Positions 39,927 through 50,798 of a DNA stretch of 64,000 nt are shown one piece after another. The stretch lies in the NCBI GenBank assembly GCA_965223335.1, contig OZ244991.1, positions 832,001 through 896,000 of the forward strand. The letters are read 5' to 3'. Made by a program: the position numbers and the translations under genes. Position 1 is the stretch's first letter. Each line of letters opens with the position of its first letter. The DNA comes from Thermodesulfobacteriota bacterium. Its GTDB lineage: Bacteria > Desulfobacterota_D > UBA1144 > Nemesobacterales > UBA2774. The notes beneath the pieces are model-generated. The model did not search any database and had not been told where the DNA came from. It saw only the letters and a program-made list of their open reading frames with translations.

Positions 39927-40703
39927 CTAATTTTGAACCCCCAGCTTCTCAAGGTGAGCTTCACAGAGCTCACCTTTAAGCTGGGTATCGAGTAGTCCCT
40001 CTTGCCAGTGTGAGTTATAGAGACAACATGATCTGTCTTCACAAAACGCAACACCGGTGATCTCATAGCTAAGAACTTGGAGAATATACGAGTAGGTGAC
40101 TGACGTAGTACGCTCATCATCGTAAACCAGGTATCTGTCCCAAAAGATTGAGTCCAGTTCCCCGAGATCCCTGCCACTTTGCAGATAGCTCGCTTTCATA
40201 AAATAATATTCCCTGGGCCTAGCCGGGGCTTCCACTAAACCGGATGTGGAGATTATCGCCGGTACCCCTGTTAACACTACCCTGGCATGATAGCGCTTTA
40301 TGTCGTATGTACCGATTAATTTATCGGTAAGAACTATATGGATCGCGGGTGACCGATCCTTATTTTCAGATGACCACATGGCCCTAAATAGACACCTCTG
40401 TAGCCAGTATCCGTCATAGAGTTTAATCGGCTCATCTGCACTTGTGCCCGTTCCCGGCGGCAAACTCGGAGCCGTACAACCTCCAAACTTATCAAGCGGT
40501 TTTTCTATATCCCCGACCAGTGCAGATTCGAATTCTCGCTTGATCTCTCTTTGATCTTCCAAATCGGGGACAACATGAGTAAGGAAATCCCCCATATAAG
40601 AGACCTCAACACCGTTTTTCGCTAGCCGCTTGAAAAGTTCATCTATAGAGAGTGCAGGCGAGGGGTTATCGGTATACAGATAGATTATATTGTTATGGGC
40701 CAT
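39927..40703 (-). CDS. Putative metallopeptidase-like protein (DUF6775-like)
   Basis: RYHARVV, ISTSGLVEAPARPREYY, C-terminal FCEDRSCCLYNSHWQE...LCEAH. Confidence 0.55.
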   Translation of the reverse strand: MAHNNIIYLYTDNPSPALSIDELFKRLAKNGVEVSYMGDFLTHVVPDLEDQREIKREFESALVGDIEKPLDKFGGCTAPSLPPGTGTSADEPIKLYDGYWLQRCLFRAMWSSENKDRSPAIHIVLTDKLIGTYDIKRYHARVVLTGVPAIISTSGLVEAPARPREYYFMKASYLQSGRDLGELDSIFWDRYLVYDDERTTSVTYSYILQVLSYEITGVAFCEDRSCCLYNSHWQEGLLDTQLKGELCEAHLEKLGVQN

Positions 40704-40747
40704 CTTGATAAGTGGTGCGGAGATGCGTGAAATATACCAATGAGGAA

Positions 40748-41209
40748 TTAGCCGATCTCAGCAATTACCTCAAGCTCGACGGGTGAGTCCAATGGCAGCT
40801 CAGCCACCCCTACCGCGGCCCTTGCGTGTATCCCGCGCTCGCCGAAGATGTCAAAACACAGATTAGATGCTCCGTTTAAGACCTGGGCCTGATCATTAAA
40901 CCCGGGGGTACTCGCCACTGAACCGTTTAGTTTCACAATTCTCGTAACTCTATCCAACTCACCGATCTCGCTCTTTATTATTGCTATTGCATTTAGGCAT
41001 GCCACCCTAGCCGCCTCGATACCCTGCTCTACTGAGACCTCCGCCCCAAGTTTCCCACTCGCAACCAATCTGCCCTCGACCAAGGGGAGTTGGCCCGAGA
41101 TAAAAATTAAGTTGCCTGTAACCACTGCCGGTTTATATGCCCCCAACGGTGTGGGTGCCGGGGGTAAATCGATGCCGAGCTCGTTTAACTTTTCTTCGAC
41201 CTTGCTCAT
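40748..41209 (-). CDS. RidA/YjgF family protein
   Basis: ISGQLP, NGASNL, GIHARAAVGVAELP. Confidence 0.9.
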   Translation of the reverse strand: MSKVEEKLNELGIDLPPAPTPLGAYKPAVVTGNLIFISGQLPLVEGRLVASGKLGAEVSVEQGIEAARVACLNAIAIIKSEIGELDRVTRIVKLNGSVASTPGFNDQAQVLNGASNLCFDIFGERGIHARAAVGVAELPLDSPVELEVIAEIG

Positions 41210-41212
41210 GAG

Positions 41213-42622
41213 TTATTGGATTTTGAGTGCGACGTAAATAGTGGATACATCTCTTTTAACCAGAAAGAGCGCATTATCGCCCTTCTCAATTTTATCTATT
41301 GCATTTCGGTAGTCGTCGAGGTTTTTAATCTGTTTTTTATTGATCTCCAATATAATATCCCCAGTGCTTAACCCTGCCTCCTCGGCTATACTCCCGCTGT
41401 TTACGTTCGTGATGATCACTCCCTCGGGGCTATCTATGTTGAACCTTCTTTGGATACGAGGGTTAATCTCCTGGACCACAAGCCCTATGTTGTGCTCAAT
41501 CTCGTTTTCCCTGGTCGGGGTCTGAGCCCTTGCAATCTGCTCGGGCAGCTCTCCCAGTTTGATGCTTATAATACTCTCGCTGCCATTTCGAATCACCTTA
41601 AGCTTGGTCTTTGTCCCCGGGGGGTACGAGGCTACGGTTTTCGGAAGCTCGGGCATCTCCTCTATCACGCTACCGTTTAACTCCACTATCACATCACCCC
41701 GTTTAAGACCTGCTTTCTCGGCAGGACCGTCTGGGGTTACATCCGCTACAAGAGCACCCCGCGGTTCTGCAAGCCCAATACTCTCGGCAAGCTCCGGCGT
41801 TACCTCCTGTACCAGTACCCCAATCCATCCCCTCACCACCTTACCGCTTCGCTTAAGCTGCTCGACTATCTGGCTTGCCATGCTAGATGGTATCGCAAAC
41901 CCAATACCCTGCCCGCCTGCAAATATAGCAGTGTTCACTCCCACCACACGGCCCTCAAGGTCAAACAACGGGCCCCCGCTGTTACCAGGGTTAATAGCCG
42001 CATCTGTCTGAATAAAATCATCATAAGCCCCCAACCCAAGTGATCTTCCCTTAGCACTTATGATCCCTGCCGTTACCGTGTGCCCGAGCCCAAAGGGGTT
42101 CCCGATGGCAACCACCCAGTCCCCTATCTCAAGCCTCTCAGAGTTCCCGAAACTAACAGCCGGTAAGGGCTGTTTAGGCTTAATTTTAAGCAGCGCAATA
42201 TCGGTCTTTGGGTCCGTGCCCACAATCTCAGCTTTATAGCTTTCGTCGTCTTGCAACACTACCTCTATATCCGTAGCACGCTCCACAACATGATTGTTGG
42301 TTATGATATAGCCGTCAGAGCTTATGATAAATCCCGATCCGAGTCCCCTTCTGCGAAACTCCCTCTCGGGATTGTCCCCGAAAAACCGCTCGAAAAACTC
42401 CTCAAACGGGTCCCCCTCTCTCTCGCCATATGGGCTTTTTGGTCTTGTGCCCATGCTCTGCACACTCCGAGTACTTATATTCACCACCGAGGGACTAAGC
42501 GTTTTCACCAGAGTCGAGAGTGATTTTAAATCATTCGGCTGTGCCTCTACACCGCTTGTAAGTGTGAGCGAAAATAGGATTAAAAGAAAAAATAGTCCCG
42601 CTGATTTTACATATCTATACAT
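41213..42622 (-). CDS. degP: DegP/HtrA periplasmic serine protease
   Basis: GSGFII, TNNHVV, DIAL, GNSGGPL, two PDZ domains, signal peptide. Confidence 0.93.
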   Translation of the reverse strand: MYRYVKSAGLFFLLILFSLTLTSGVEAQPNDLKSLSTLVKTLSPSVVNISTRSVQSMGTRPKSPYGEREGDPFEEFFERFFGDNPEREFRRRGLGSGFIISSDGYIITNNHVVERATDIEVVLQDDESYKAEIVGTDPKTDIALLKIKPKQPLPAVSFGNSERLEIGDWVVAIGNPFGLGHTVTAGIISAKGRSLGLGAYDDFIQTDAAINPGNSGGPLFDLEGRVVGVNTAIFAGGQGIGFAIPSSMASQIVEQLKRSGKVVRGWIGVLVQEVTPELAESIGLAEPRGALVADVTPDGPAEKAGLKRGDVIVELNGSVIEEMPELPKTVASYPPGTKTKLKVIRNGSESIISIKLGELPEQIARAQTPTRENEIEHNIGLVVQEINPRIQRRFNIDSPEGVIITNVNSGSIAEEAGLSTGDIILEINKKQIKNLDDYRNAIDKIEKGDNALFLVKRDVSTIYVALKIQ

Positions 42623-42758
42623 ATTTCAAAAGCCCTCCAAAATTCAAAAACTGCTACACTCAATTAAATGTGTGCTCACTATGAAATTATAACTGAATAT
42701 TCATTAGACGCGTGTGATAACCTGTATTCGGTGGGGAAATCGGCAAGCAATCGAGGGG

Positions 42759-43952
42759 TCACATTGTTTCTTTTAACATGCCGTCCCAGTATTTAAGCAG
42801 TAGCCTGTTGGTATAGAAACGCACAATAAAGTCACGTATTGAGGATAACGTCTTGCTGTTAGCGTAAGCTATCTTGCCCATCATCCGGGACTGGTCTTGG
42901 ACCTTTTTCACCCTTGCTTGTCTTCTTGTCATATACTGCTTAAACGCATCTTCGTAACTCTCAGAATCAGCCCTGCACAGCTCCTCTGCCAGCACAGCAG
43001 CAGATTCTATAGCCATAGAAACCCCGCCGCCCGCAGTAGGTAGTATCGCATGAGCCGCATCTCCTACCAATACCACTCTGTTTTTGTACCATTTATCCAT
43101 CCTTAGGTCGTGGTATTCGTCGAAGTAGATCTCTTCAGGACGGTCCAAATGATCTAGAATTTCCGGTACCATACCGCCAAAAGTACTGAACTGCTCTTTG
43201 ATACGTTCTATACGAGTATCTACAGGGTCTGGGTAGTGCTCGTCTGTCCTTATGCTTGTAAAAACCGAGTACCTTCCCTTTGTGGGCCAAACCCCAAAGA
43301 ACTTGCCTGTACCCCAGTACTCGGCTATCTGAGCCGATTTATTGATATTGGATTTAATCCAGAAACTCCATCCCCTAAGCCCGCTGTATGTTAGAGGCAC
43401 ATCACCAAAAACCATCTTACGCGTATTCGATCTGATGCCGTCACACCCAATGACCAAATCGTAGCGCTCTCGGGTACCGTCGCTAAACGTTACGTCTACC
43501 CCTCTCGGAGTATCATGTATATCGTCTACAGTTGTGCCCATCCTTATGCTCTCTGGGTCCACTGCCTCCCTCAATACATCGATCAAATCCGTCCGATAGG
43601 TGCTTACAATCGGCCCGTATTTCTCTGTTACCGCTTCTATTGAATAAGAGTGCAGAATATCCCCCTGCTGGTTTGCAACATTGTAAGTATCAAAAACAAG
43701 TCCCCTATCCAGGAGTTCCCTGTAGAGCCCAAGTCCCTTTAACACCCTGCTTCCGGTAGGCCAAAGAACAATTACATAGCCCACGTTCCCATAGCTGGGG
43801 GCCCTTTCTACGACTGTCGGATTAAAACCCCTTTGCTGTAACAGCCCCGCGAGTGTAAGCCCTGCAACACCACCACCCACTATGAGTAATTTCATCTCCG
43901 GGCCGTATCTTACGCGATTCTCTTTGCTTTTATGAATATTCGTCTCACTCAT
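42759..43952 (-). CDS. FAD-dependent monooxygenase
   Basis: GGGVAGL, GCDGIRS, LVGDAAH...GGGVSMAIE. Confidence 0.88.
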   Translation of the reverse strand: MSETNIHKSKENRVRYGPEMKLLIVGGGVAGLTLAGLLQQRGFNPTVVERAPSYGNVGYVIVLWPTGSRVLKGLGLYRELLDRGLVFDTYNVANQQGDILHSYSIEAVTEKYGPIVSTYRTDLIDVLREAVDPESIRMGTTVDDIHDTPRGVDVTFSDGTRERYDLVIGCDGIRSNTRKMVFGDVPLTYSGLRGWSFWIKSNINKSAQIAEYWGTGKFFGVWPTKGRYSVFTSIRTDEHYPDPVDTRIERIKEQFSTFGGMVPEILDHLDRPEEIYFDEYHDLRMDKWYKNRVVLVGDAAHAILPTAGGGVSMAIESAAVLAEELCRADSESYEDAFKQYMTRRQARVKKVQDQSRMMGKIAYANSKTLSSIRDFIVRFYTNRLLLKYWDGMLKETM

Positions 43953-44061
43953 AATATTTCTAATTGCCAGATTTATTGAGCAGGTTTAGTTCTTTTAATA
44001 GAACACGCTCTATATTATATAGTCTATACACGATAAAATAAGCGTCAATGTTTAAACTCAG

Positions 44062-44499
44062 TTAGTACGGGGGGACTTCCTCTGTAGCGGCACCGTAGAT
44101 CTCGAGCTCAAGACCGTCTGGGTCTAAAAAATGATAGGCTTTAGTGTTGGGGTCATCGCCCTGTTTGATCTCTATAAACTCCACACCTTTAGAACTAAGG
44201 GCCTTGCTAGCCTTCTCAACATCCCCGACCCTAAACGCCACATGCCCCACACCCTCGGCATATCTACCCTTATCCACGAGCCTGTGACTATTCTCAGACA
44301 GTGCCACAAGCACACGTTTGCCCACGCCGAGGAAGGTTTTTTTTTCACCCCCCTCCGCTCTGCCGTCTCGGATAAGCTCAAGCCCAAGCGTCTCTGTATA
44401 GTACTTAACCGACCTATCCATATCACTCACACATATGGCAACATGGTCAATCGACTCCACCATACCACCGTGCCCAAACAATCCTTTAAGCCATTTCAT
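44062..44499 (-). CDS. VOC/glyoxalase family protein
   Basis: IDHVAI, YTETLGL, GHVAF, FLDPDGLELE. Confidence 0.88.
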   Translation of the reverse strand: MKWLKGLFGHGGMVESIDHVAICVSDMDRSVKYYTETLGLELIRDGRAEGGEKKTFLGVGKRVLVALSENSHRLVDKGRYAEGVGHVAFRVGDVEKASKALSSKGVEFIEIKQGDDPNTKAYHFLDPDGLELEIYGAATEEVPPY

Positions 44500-44512
44500 T
44501 GCCCAGCCCCTG

Positions 44513-45679
44513 TTATTTTCTCTTAAGCAACGCCACTATTACCCCTATACAGATAAACACTATCACAATCACAGCCCAGTATGCACGTATATATTTGACG
44601 ATAGTTGTTGCTAACTCAGCCTTTACGTTTACTATCCTCTCCAAGAGCGAGCTCTCTACCCTATACTCCGTGTACTCCCCATCCTCGACATCCACACTCA
44701 TTTTGAGTGTAAGCGATTGAAGACCGCTACGTTGGGGCACCACATACCAATGCCACTTAGTTTCAGTCCCCTCTGTCAAAAGCTTTGAGATAGAAACATT
44801 GCGATCACCCGTATCCCCGCCGTTATCGGCACCTGTTTTTGTCACCGGTCTTATGTCAAAGGCCTTGCCCTCAAGCTTTAATCCCACGTACTGACCCACC
44901 CTCGAAATTACTACACCCGTTGTGTCGTCATCTGTAATTACACCCTCACCGAATTTCGGCAAAAAACCGCTCGGTATACTGACCTCTACCAGATATGACC
45001 CCCAAACACTCATATCCATAGTAGGATTGAACTCTATAAAATCCGAGGCAATCATTTTCACTTTGGCCTGTACATATTCCTCCAATTCAATGTTACCAAT
45101 AGCTTCTGCTGGTGAAAGTTCGGTTTCGGTACCCGGGGTGTCCTCTAAGGCAGGCTCAGGTGTCCCGGTTGGAATAGGTGTGGGTTTCGCACTTTGTTCG
45201 ACCACAAAATGCACCCGTCTGTTAAGTTTCAAGGCTTGGGGAGTGTTGCCCTCGGCAAATTTATCCGTACCACCTTTACCGACCGCTGTAATGTTCTCGG
45301 GTTTAAGCCCCAGTTCCACCAGATAGTTACGCACCCGATCGGCTCGCTTTTGCGAAGTAATCAATTTTTGCTCCTCTGTACCCTCTGTATCCGAGTAACC
45401 TTCGAGGATTAAAACAGTTTCAGTATTTGGGTTTGCCAGAATTAAATCTTGAAAAACTATCAGGTTTTTCTCAATATCTGTCTTGGCACTTTCCGTGAGA
45501 AGATCCCTTTTTTCAAAAAATATATCTTTTAAAGTAGTCGCACCCGCCTCGGGGGTAATCAATACGCATACGAATAGGCAAACTGTTCCTACAAATACCA
45601 GACTCATCGGTGTGCCGATCCGGCCTGGTTTCAGAGCTATTTTTTTTATTGTGCAGAGGGGGTTATATCCGATATACAT
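44513..45679 (-). CDS. OmpA-like peptidoglycan-binding protein with C-terminal TM anchor
   Basis: LEGYSD..GT....SQKRADRVRNYL, LNRRV; C-terminal hydrophobic helix plus KRK. Start may be 45607. Confidence 0.75.
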   Translation of the reverse strand: MYIGYNPLCTIKKIALKPGRIGTPMSLVFVGTVCLFVCVLITPEAGATTLKDIFFEKRDLLTESAKTDIEKNLIVFQDLILANPNTETVLILEGYSDTEGTEEQKLITSQKRADRVRNYLVELGLKPENITAVGKGGTDKFAEGNTPQALKLNRRVHFVVEQSAKPTPIPTGTPEPALEDTPGTETELSPAEAIGNIELEEYVQAKVKMIASDFIEFNPTMDMSVWGSYLVEVSIPSGFLPKFGEGVITDDDTTGVVISRVGQYVGLKLEGKAFDIRPVTKTGADNGGDTGDRNVSISKLLTEGTETKWHWYVVPQRSGLQSLTLKMSVDVEDGEYTEYRVESSLLERIVNVKAELATTIVKYIRAYWAVIVIVFICIGVIVALLKRK

Positions 45680-45828
45680 CTATAACTATCTACTCACAAA
45701 CAATATTTTGTTCTACTTGAGATTGTATATAACTTAGCCTCTAGATCAAAACATCCACTAAGTGCTATACTTTATGATATGTATAACCGGAACTTTATAC
45801 ATTTTCTATAATTAAAGCTGGGTCTATA

Positions 45829-47001
45829 GTGGATACAAGTCAGAGAGTAGAGATTCATAAGTCAATTTCTTCAATAAATAAAGAACAGTACAACTCCATC
45901 GTCGACGACAATAACCCTTTTTTGGAATATGAATTTTTAGAGGCTCTCGAGGACTCCGGGTGTGTGGGGCCCAGACAAACCTGGATACCGCGATACATAA
46001 TCTTAAAAGAAGACGACACCATTATCGGGGCCACCACCTCATATATAAAACTCGACTCCTACGGGGAATATATATTTGACTGGGAATGGGCCAGGGCCTT
46101 TGACAATGTGGGCCTCCACTACTACCCAAAAATAGTCGTGGCCATCCCCTTTACCCCCGCAAACGGCACACGAATACTCGTTCACCCCGAATACGATTTT
46201 GAACAAAACGCAGAACCGATGGTAAAGGCATTGATAAAGATGTGCAGGGATCTTAATTACTCGTCCATCCATTACCTGTTCCTGACCCCTAAAGAGAGGG
46301 ACTATCTGGCCAAGTTCGGTTTCCTCAGCAGAAAGACCCATCAGTATCATTGGCATAACCGCAGCTATACCAGTTTTGACGACTTCTTGGACGATCTTCG
46401 GTCAGGCCGCAAAAAACAGATACGCAAAGAAAGAAAATCGCTATACGCAAGCACACTCGAGATTGAGCTTGTGGAGAAAGACGATATCAAACAAGAACAC
46501 ATAGATGCCATGTGGGAGTTCTACATGGATACTCACTCAAGAAAATGGGGCAGCGCCTACCTAAACCGAGAGTTTTTTCAGCTCATGTTCGAAAACTTCA
46601 GGCACAGGTTAGTACTTGTGCTCGCCAAAGACAAAGACCAGTGGGTAGGGGGCACGTTCAACATTGTTAAGAACCGTAGGCTCTACGGCCGTTATTGGGG
46701 GGCTATCAACAAGTACGACAACCTCCATTTTGAATGTTGTTTCTACAGATTAATAGATTATTCTATTAAAAACGGCATAGAGATATTTGAGGCCGGTGCA
46801 CAGGGGGAACACAAATTTTTAAGGGGGTTCGGTGCAGTGCCTACATACAGCTCGCACTACTTCGCCGACGAGGGTGCCAACCTGGGAATCAGCGAGTTTC
46901 TAAGAGAGGAAGGCTACTATACAGATAAGCTTATAAACGAGTATAACAGGCAGTCGCCATTGAAGTATTTGCGTAGCAACAAAGGGGCCCAGACCCGTTG
47001 A
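45829..47001 (+). CDS. DUF482 / FemAB-like GNAT protein
   Basis: PFLEYEFLEALE.SG, SYGEYIFDWEWA, YYPK...PFTP, LYGRYWG, LHFECC, FEAGAQGEHK..RGF. Confidence 0.85.
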   Translation: MDTSQRVEIHKSISSINKEQYNSIVDDNNPFLEYEFLEALEDSGCVGPRQTWIPRYIILKEDDTIIGATTSYIKLDSYGEYIFDWEWARAFDNVGLHYYPKIVVAIPFTPANGTRILVHPEYDFEQNAEPMVKALIKMCRDLNYSSIHYLFLTPKERDYLAKFGFLSRKTHQYHWHNRSYTSFDDFLDDLRSGRKKQIRKERKSLYASTLEIELVEKDDIKQEHIDAMWEFYMDTHSRKWGSAYLNREFFQLMFENFRHRLVLVLAKDKDQWVGGTFNIVKNRRLYGRYWGAINKYDNLHFECCFYRLIDYSIKNGIEIFEAGAQGEHKFLRGFGAVPTYSSHYFADEGANLGISEFLREEGYYTDKLINEYNRQSPLKYLRSNKGAQTR

Positions 47002-47026
47002 TTCTAAAGTTTAGCGGGCGAGTAAG

Positions 47027-47368
47027 ATGGAAGACGAAAAACTTAACAAAGGGGATATAGACGGCGAACTTCTTACAGAAGAGAAGATAAATTTAAAACG
47101 GCCCGACATGTATAGAGTCGTGCTGCTGAATGACGACTATACACCGCGTGATTTTGTTGTCTGGATCCTGGTTAGGGTATTCTATAAAAAGAACGATGAG
47201 GCCACAAGAATAATGCTTGACGCGCATACAAAGGGTAAGAGTACTGTTGGAGTTTATACCTATGATGTAGCTACCACTAAAATCCTACAGGTCGACAAGC
47301 TGGCCAAACAGTACGAACACCCTCTGCAGTGCATTATGGAGGTCGAGAGTGGCGGTGAAGAGTCATGA
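47027..47368 (+). CDS. clpS: Clp protease adaptor ClpS
   Basis: YRVVLLNDDYTP.DFV, IMLDAHTKG, HPLQC. Confidence 0.95.
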   Translation: MEDEKLNKGDIDGELLTEEKINLKRPDMYRVVLLNDDYTPRDFVVWILVRVFYKKNDEATRIMLDAHTKGKSTVGVYTYDVATTKILQVDKLAKQYEHPLQCIMEVESGGEES

Positions 47369-49617
47369 CACTTTCTAAAGAGCTGGAAAACACTCTGGAA
47401 CGCGCTTACGGACAGGCAAAAGCCCGCAAGCACGAGTTCATTACGCTAGAGCACATACTGTTCGAACTCACCTTCGATCCCGATGCCTCCGAGGTTCTAA
47501 TGGGCTGTGGTGTGGATCTCGAAAAGCTGAGGACCACGCTGGATGACTTTATGAACGAGAGCATTGTGCAGATTGAGTCCGAGTACCTGAGTGAGCCGGA
47601 ATACTCGGCAGGCAGCCAGTTTGTTCTGAGACTTGCTGCGATGCACGCAGAATCGGCCGAGACCGAAGAGATTAACGGCGGCAACATACTGGTAGCAATG
47701 TTCCGTGTAGAAGAATCTCATGCCATCTATTTCCTAAACCAACAGGGTATAACCCGCTATGATGTCGTGCGCTTTATTTCGCACGGCAAGGGTCAGTATG
47801 AGCAAAGGGAAAAGGCCACAAGCCTTGCCAAAACCGAGGGCGATATACAGGAAAAATCCAAAGACCCACTTGCAGAGTACTGCACAGACCTAGTGGAGAA
47901 AGCCAAAGAGGGCAGGCTAGATCCTCTTATCGGCCGGGAAACAGAGATCGAGAGGACAATACATATCCTTGCACGCAGGCGCAAGAACAACCCCATATTC
48001 GTTGGGGACGCAGGTGTCGGTAAGACCGCTATAGCCGAGGGTCTCGCACTTAAGATCTCGGAGAAAAAAGTCCCTACCCCCCTTTTAGACACCGAGATAT
48101 ACGCACTCGATATGGGATCGCTTACTGCAGGCACAAGGTATAGGGGCGACTTTGAGGAACGCTTAAAATCGATCATAGACAAGGTAAAAGGCGACCAGAA
48201 CAAAGTGTTATTTATTGACGAAATTCACACCGTAATAGGTGCGGGGGCAGTGTCGGGCGGCACGCTTGACGCCTCTAACATGCTAAAACCCGCGCTCGCC
48301 AGCGGCGAGATCAGGTGTATCGGGACCACAACTCTCAAAGAATTCCGGAGTGTATTTGAAAAAGACCACGCACTCGCTCGCAGGTTCCAGCGCATTGACG
48401 TCTATGAGCCGAGCGAGGAAGAATGCCTCAAGATACTACAAGGCCTTAAGAAATACTACGAAAAATTCCATACCGTTAAATACTCCACACCCGCACTAAA
48501 AGCCGCAGTCGAACTCTCTGCCAAATACATAAACGACCGTAGACTCCCCGATAAAGCCATCGATATTATCGACGAAGCAGGTGCTGAGGTTAAACTCAGA
48601 CGTAAAGACGATACCGGTATCAAACAGGTAAGTGTGAAGGATATAGAAGCACTGGTATCCAAGATCGCCAAGATACCGAGCCGCACCGTAAAGGTAGACG
48701 ACAGACAAAAACTCAGGTCGCTCGGCGATGACCTAAAGCGTGTGATATTTGGGCAGGACGATGCAGTCGACCGACTGGTTACAGCCATACAGATGTCGAG
48801 GTCTGGGCTGGCCACGCCTAATAAACCGGTCGGGAGTTTTATGTTTGCCGGGCCCACAGGGGTGGGTAAGACCGAGCTTGCCAAACAGCTTGCCGAGGCA
48901 CTGGGCATAGAGTTCATACGGTTCGATATGAGCGAGTACATGGAAAAACACACCGTGTCGCGCCTTATAGGTTCTCCTCCCGGTTATGTCGGCTACGATG
49001 AAGGGGGCCAGCTCACAGAAGCCATTCATCAAAATCCACATGCGGTGCTACTACTAGACGAAATCGAGAAAGCCCACGAGGACATCTACAACGTACTGCT
49101 CCAGGTAATGGACCACGCAACTTTAACGGACTCAAACGGCAGGAAAGTGGATTTCCGCCAGATCGTACTGATCCTAACAACCAATACTGGGTCCAGAGAG
49201 AGTAACCAACGCACCGTGGGGTTTGAGAAGGAAGAGTACGAAGACAAGAGCTCTCATGCAATTGAAAAGTACTTTAGCCCCGAGTTTAGAAACAGACTAA
49301 ACGCCATATTAAACTTCAGCTCACTAAGCAAAGAGGTTATCGAAAAGATTGTGGATAAGATGATAAATGAGCTCGGTGAGCGTCTACATGCCAAGAAAGT
49401 AACCATAGAGCTCACACCTAAAGCCCGCTCCTATATTGCAGATAAGGGCTACGACAAACAACTCGGCGCACGCCCAATCCAGCGCTACATCGACACGCAC
49501 ATCACAGAAAAGCTCTCAAAAGAGATCCTGTTCGGCAACCTTATGAGCGGTGGTACCGTAAAAATCCTTACAAAAAATGACGAGCTCGAGTTTGAATTCA
49601 CAAAGCCCGAATCATAA
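47365..49617 (+). CDS. clpA: Clp protease ATP-binding subunit ClpA
   Basis: Two AAA modules ([16 protein letters not shown]), RRRKNNP, VGF loop; coupled to clpS. Confidence 0.96.
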   Translation: MTLSKELENTLERAYGQAKARKHEFITLEHILFELTFDPDASEVLMGCGVDLEKLRTTLDDFMNESIVQIESEYLSEPEYSAGSQFVLRLAAMHAESAETEEINGGNILVAMFRVEESHAIYFLNQQGITRYDVVRFISHGKGQYEQREKATSLAKTEGDIQEKSKDPLAEYCTDLVEKAKEGRLDPLIGRETEIERTIHILARRRKNNPIFVGDAGVGKTAIAEGLALKISEKKVPTPLLDTEIYALDMGSLTAGTRYRGDFEERLKSIIDKVKGDQNKVLFIDEIHTVIGAGAVSGGTLDASNMLKPALASGEIRCIGTTTLKEFRSVFEKDHALARRFQRIDVYEPSEEECLKILQGLKKYYEKFHTVKYSTPALKAAVELSAKYINDRRLPDKAIDIIDEAGAEVKLRRKDDTGIKQVSVKDIEALVSKIAKIPSRTVKVDDRQKLRSLGDDLKRVIFGQDDAVDRLVTAIQMSRSGLATPNKPVGSFMFAGPTGVGKTELAKQLAEALGIEFIRFDMSEYMEKHTVSRLIGSPPGYVGYDEGGQLTEAIHQNPHAVLLLDEIEKAHEDIYNVLLQVMDHATLTDSNGRKVDFRQIVLILTTNTGSRESNQRTVGFEKEEYEDKSSHAIEKYFSPEFRNRLNAILNFSSLSKEVIEKIVDKMINELGERLHAKKVTIELTPKARSYIADKGYDKQLGARPIQRYIDTHITEKLSKEILFGNLMSGGTVKILTKNDELEFEFTKPES

Positions 49618-49687
49618 GCAATTACCCTTTTAACGCCGAAATAATGTAGACTACTTAGCATCCCGGTAATTTATACACGGACCTGTT

Positions 49688-50236
49688 ATGAAAATCTGTC
49701 CCAATTGCAAATCCGAGCTAGCCACCAAGGTCATCGGTTCTATTGATGTAGACGAATGCAACAGATGCGGTGGGATATGGTTTGACAGGGGCGAGCTTAA
49801 AGAAGCCGAAGAACTGGTTGACCCAAACCTAAACTGGCTCGATTTCGAGATCTGGAAACACGAACATAAGTTCGACGCTAAAAGCGCCGATGTGTTGTGT
49901 CCGAGTTGCGTCGTGCCCACAGGATCACTCACATACGGCGAAACAGGTGTCGAGATCAATTACTGCACAGAGTGCCATGGGATATGGCTCGATAAAAACG
50001 AGTTCCCAAAAATCATCGAAGAGCTAGAGAAGGAGCTCTCGGAAAAATCTTTTGCCGACTACATACACCTTAGCATCGAAGAGGCCAAAGAGGTCTTTAC
50101 CGGCCATAAATCATTAGCATCCGAGTGGAAGGATTTCTCAACCGTGCTTAGACTCATGGAGCAACGCCTCTACGTAGAGCAACCTAAGCTTATCGAGAGA
50201 CTCATGGCGCTAAACGCTCTAAACCCGTTTAAATAA
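49688..50236 (+). CDS. Tandem zf-TFIIB zinc-ribbon protein
   Basis: CPNC...CNRCGGIWFDRGEL and CPSC...CTECHGIWLDKNE. Confidence 0.75.
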   Translation: MKICPNCKSELATKVIGSIDVDECNRCGGIWFDRGELKEAEELVDPNLNWLDFEIWKHEHKFDAKSADVLCPSCVVPTGSLTYGETGVEINYCTECHGIWLDKNEFPKIIEELEKELSEKSFADYIHLSIEEAKEVFTGHKSLASEWKDFSTVLRLMEQRLYVEQPKLIERLMALNALNPFK

Positions 50237-50237
50237 A

Positions 50238-50699
50238 TTACAACGCGCTGTCTAATATATCGCTCATCTTCTGGTTGCTAACCTCGCCACTTCTGTCATA
50301 GAGCACCTTACCGCTTTTGCCATACACGGTTACGTGGGGGATATAACGCCTGTAGTGTTTAGCACGTAGCGACCTTTGCTCATCGGAAATATTATTATCT
50401 AAATCCACTACAATGAACTTGACCCTGTCTCCATACTTCTCATAAAGCTCTACAGTCCTCTTCGCCTGCCGCTTAGAGTTGTAACATTCACGGTGATAAA
50501 ATATCACATACGCTGGTTTCCCGGGGTCAATACTCCCATCCCCAAGCTCTTTACCCGTAATCAAAGGTCCGTCGTCAGAGTCACTATTGTAGTTTAAATT
50601 CTGATTTAGTTTTAGGTTTGTTGCCGCAGTCGATGGAAAAGCAATAAATAGTAAGACTGTTAATAACGCTAGGAAAGAGAAAAGAGAATGTTTATTCAT
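50238..50699 (-). CDS. Secreted thioredoxin-like fold protein (CxxS)
   Basis: Signal peptide, VIFYHRECYNS, FIVVDLD, YIP cis-Pro position; start ATG 50699. Confidence 0.55.
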   Translation of the reverse strand: MNKHSLFSFLALLTVLLFIAFPSTAATNLKLNQNLNYNSDSDDGPLITGKELGDGSIDPGKPAYVIFYHRECYNSKRQAKRTVELYEKYGDRVKFIVVDLDNNISDEQRSLRAKHYRRYIPHVTVYGKSGKVLYDRSGEVSNQKMSDILDSAL

Positions 50700-50798
50700 A
50701 ATAACCCCCTTGGATATAATCTCATATATATACGGACTGAAACTTCTTTGAGTTTCATATTGACCCAATCTGCGTGGTTGGCAATAATTGAACTTATC

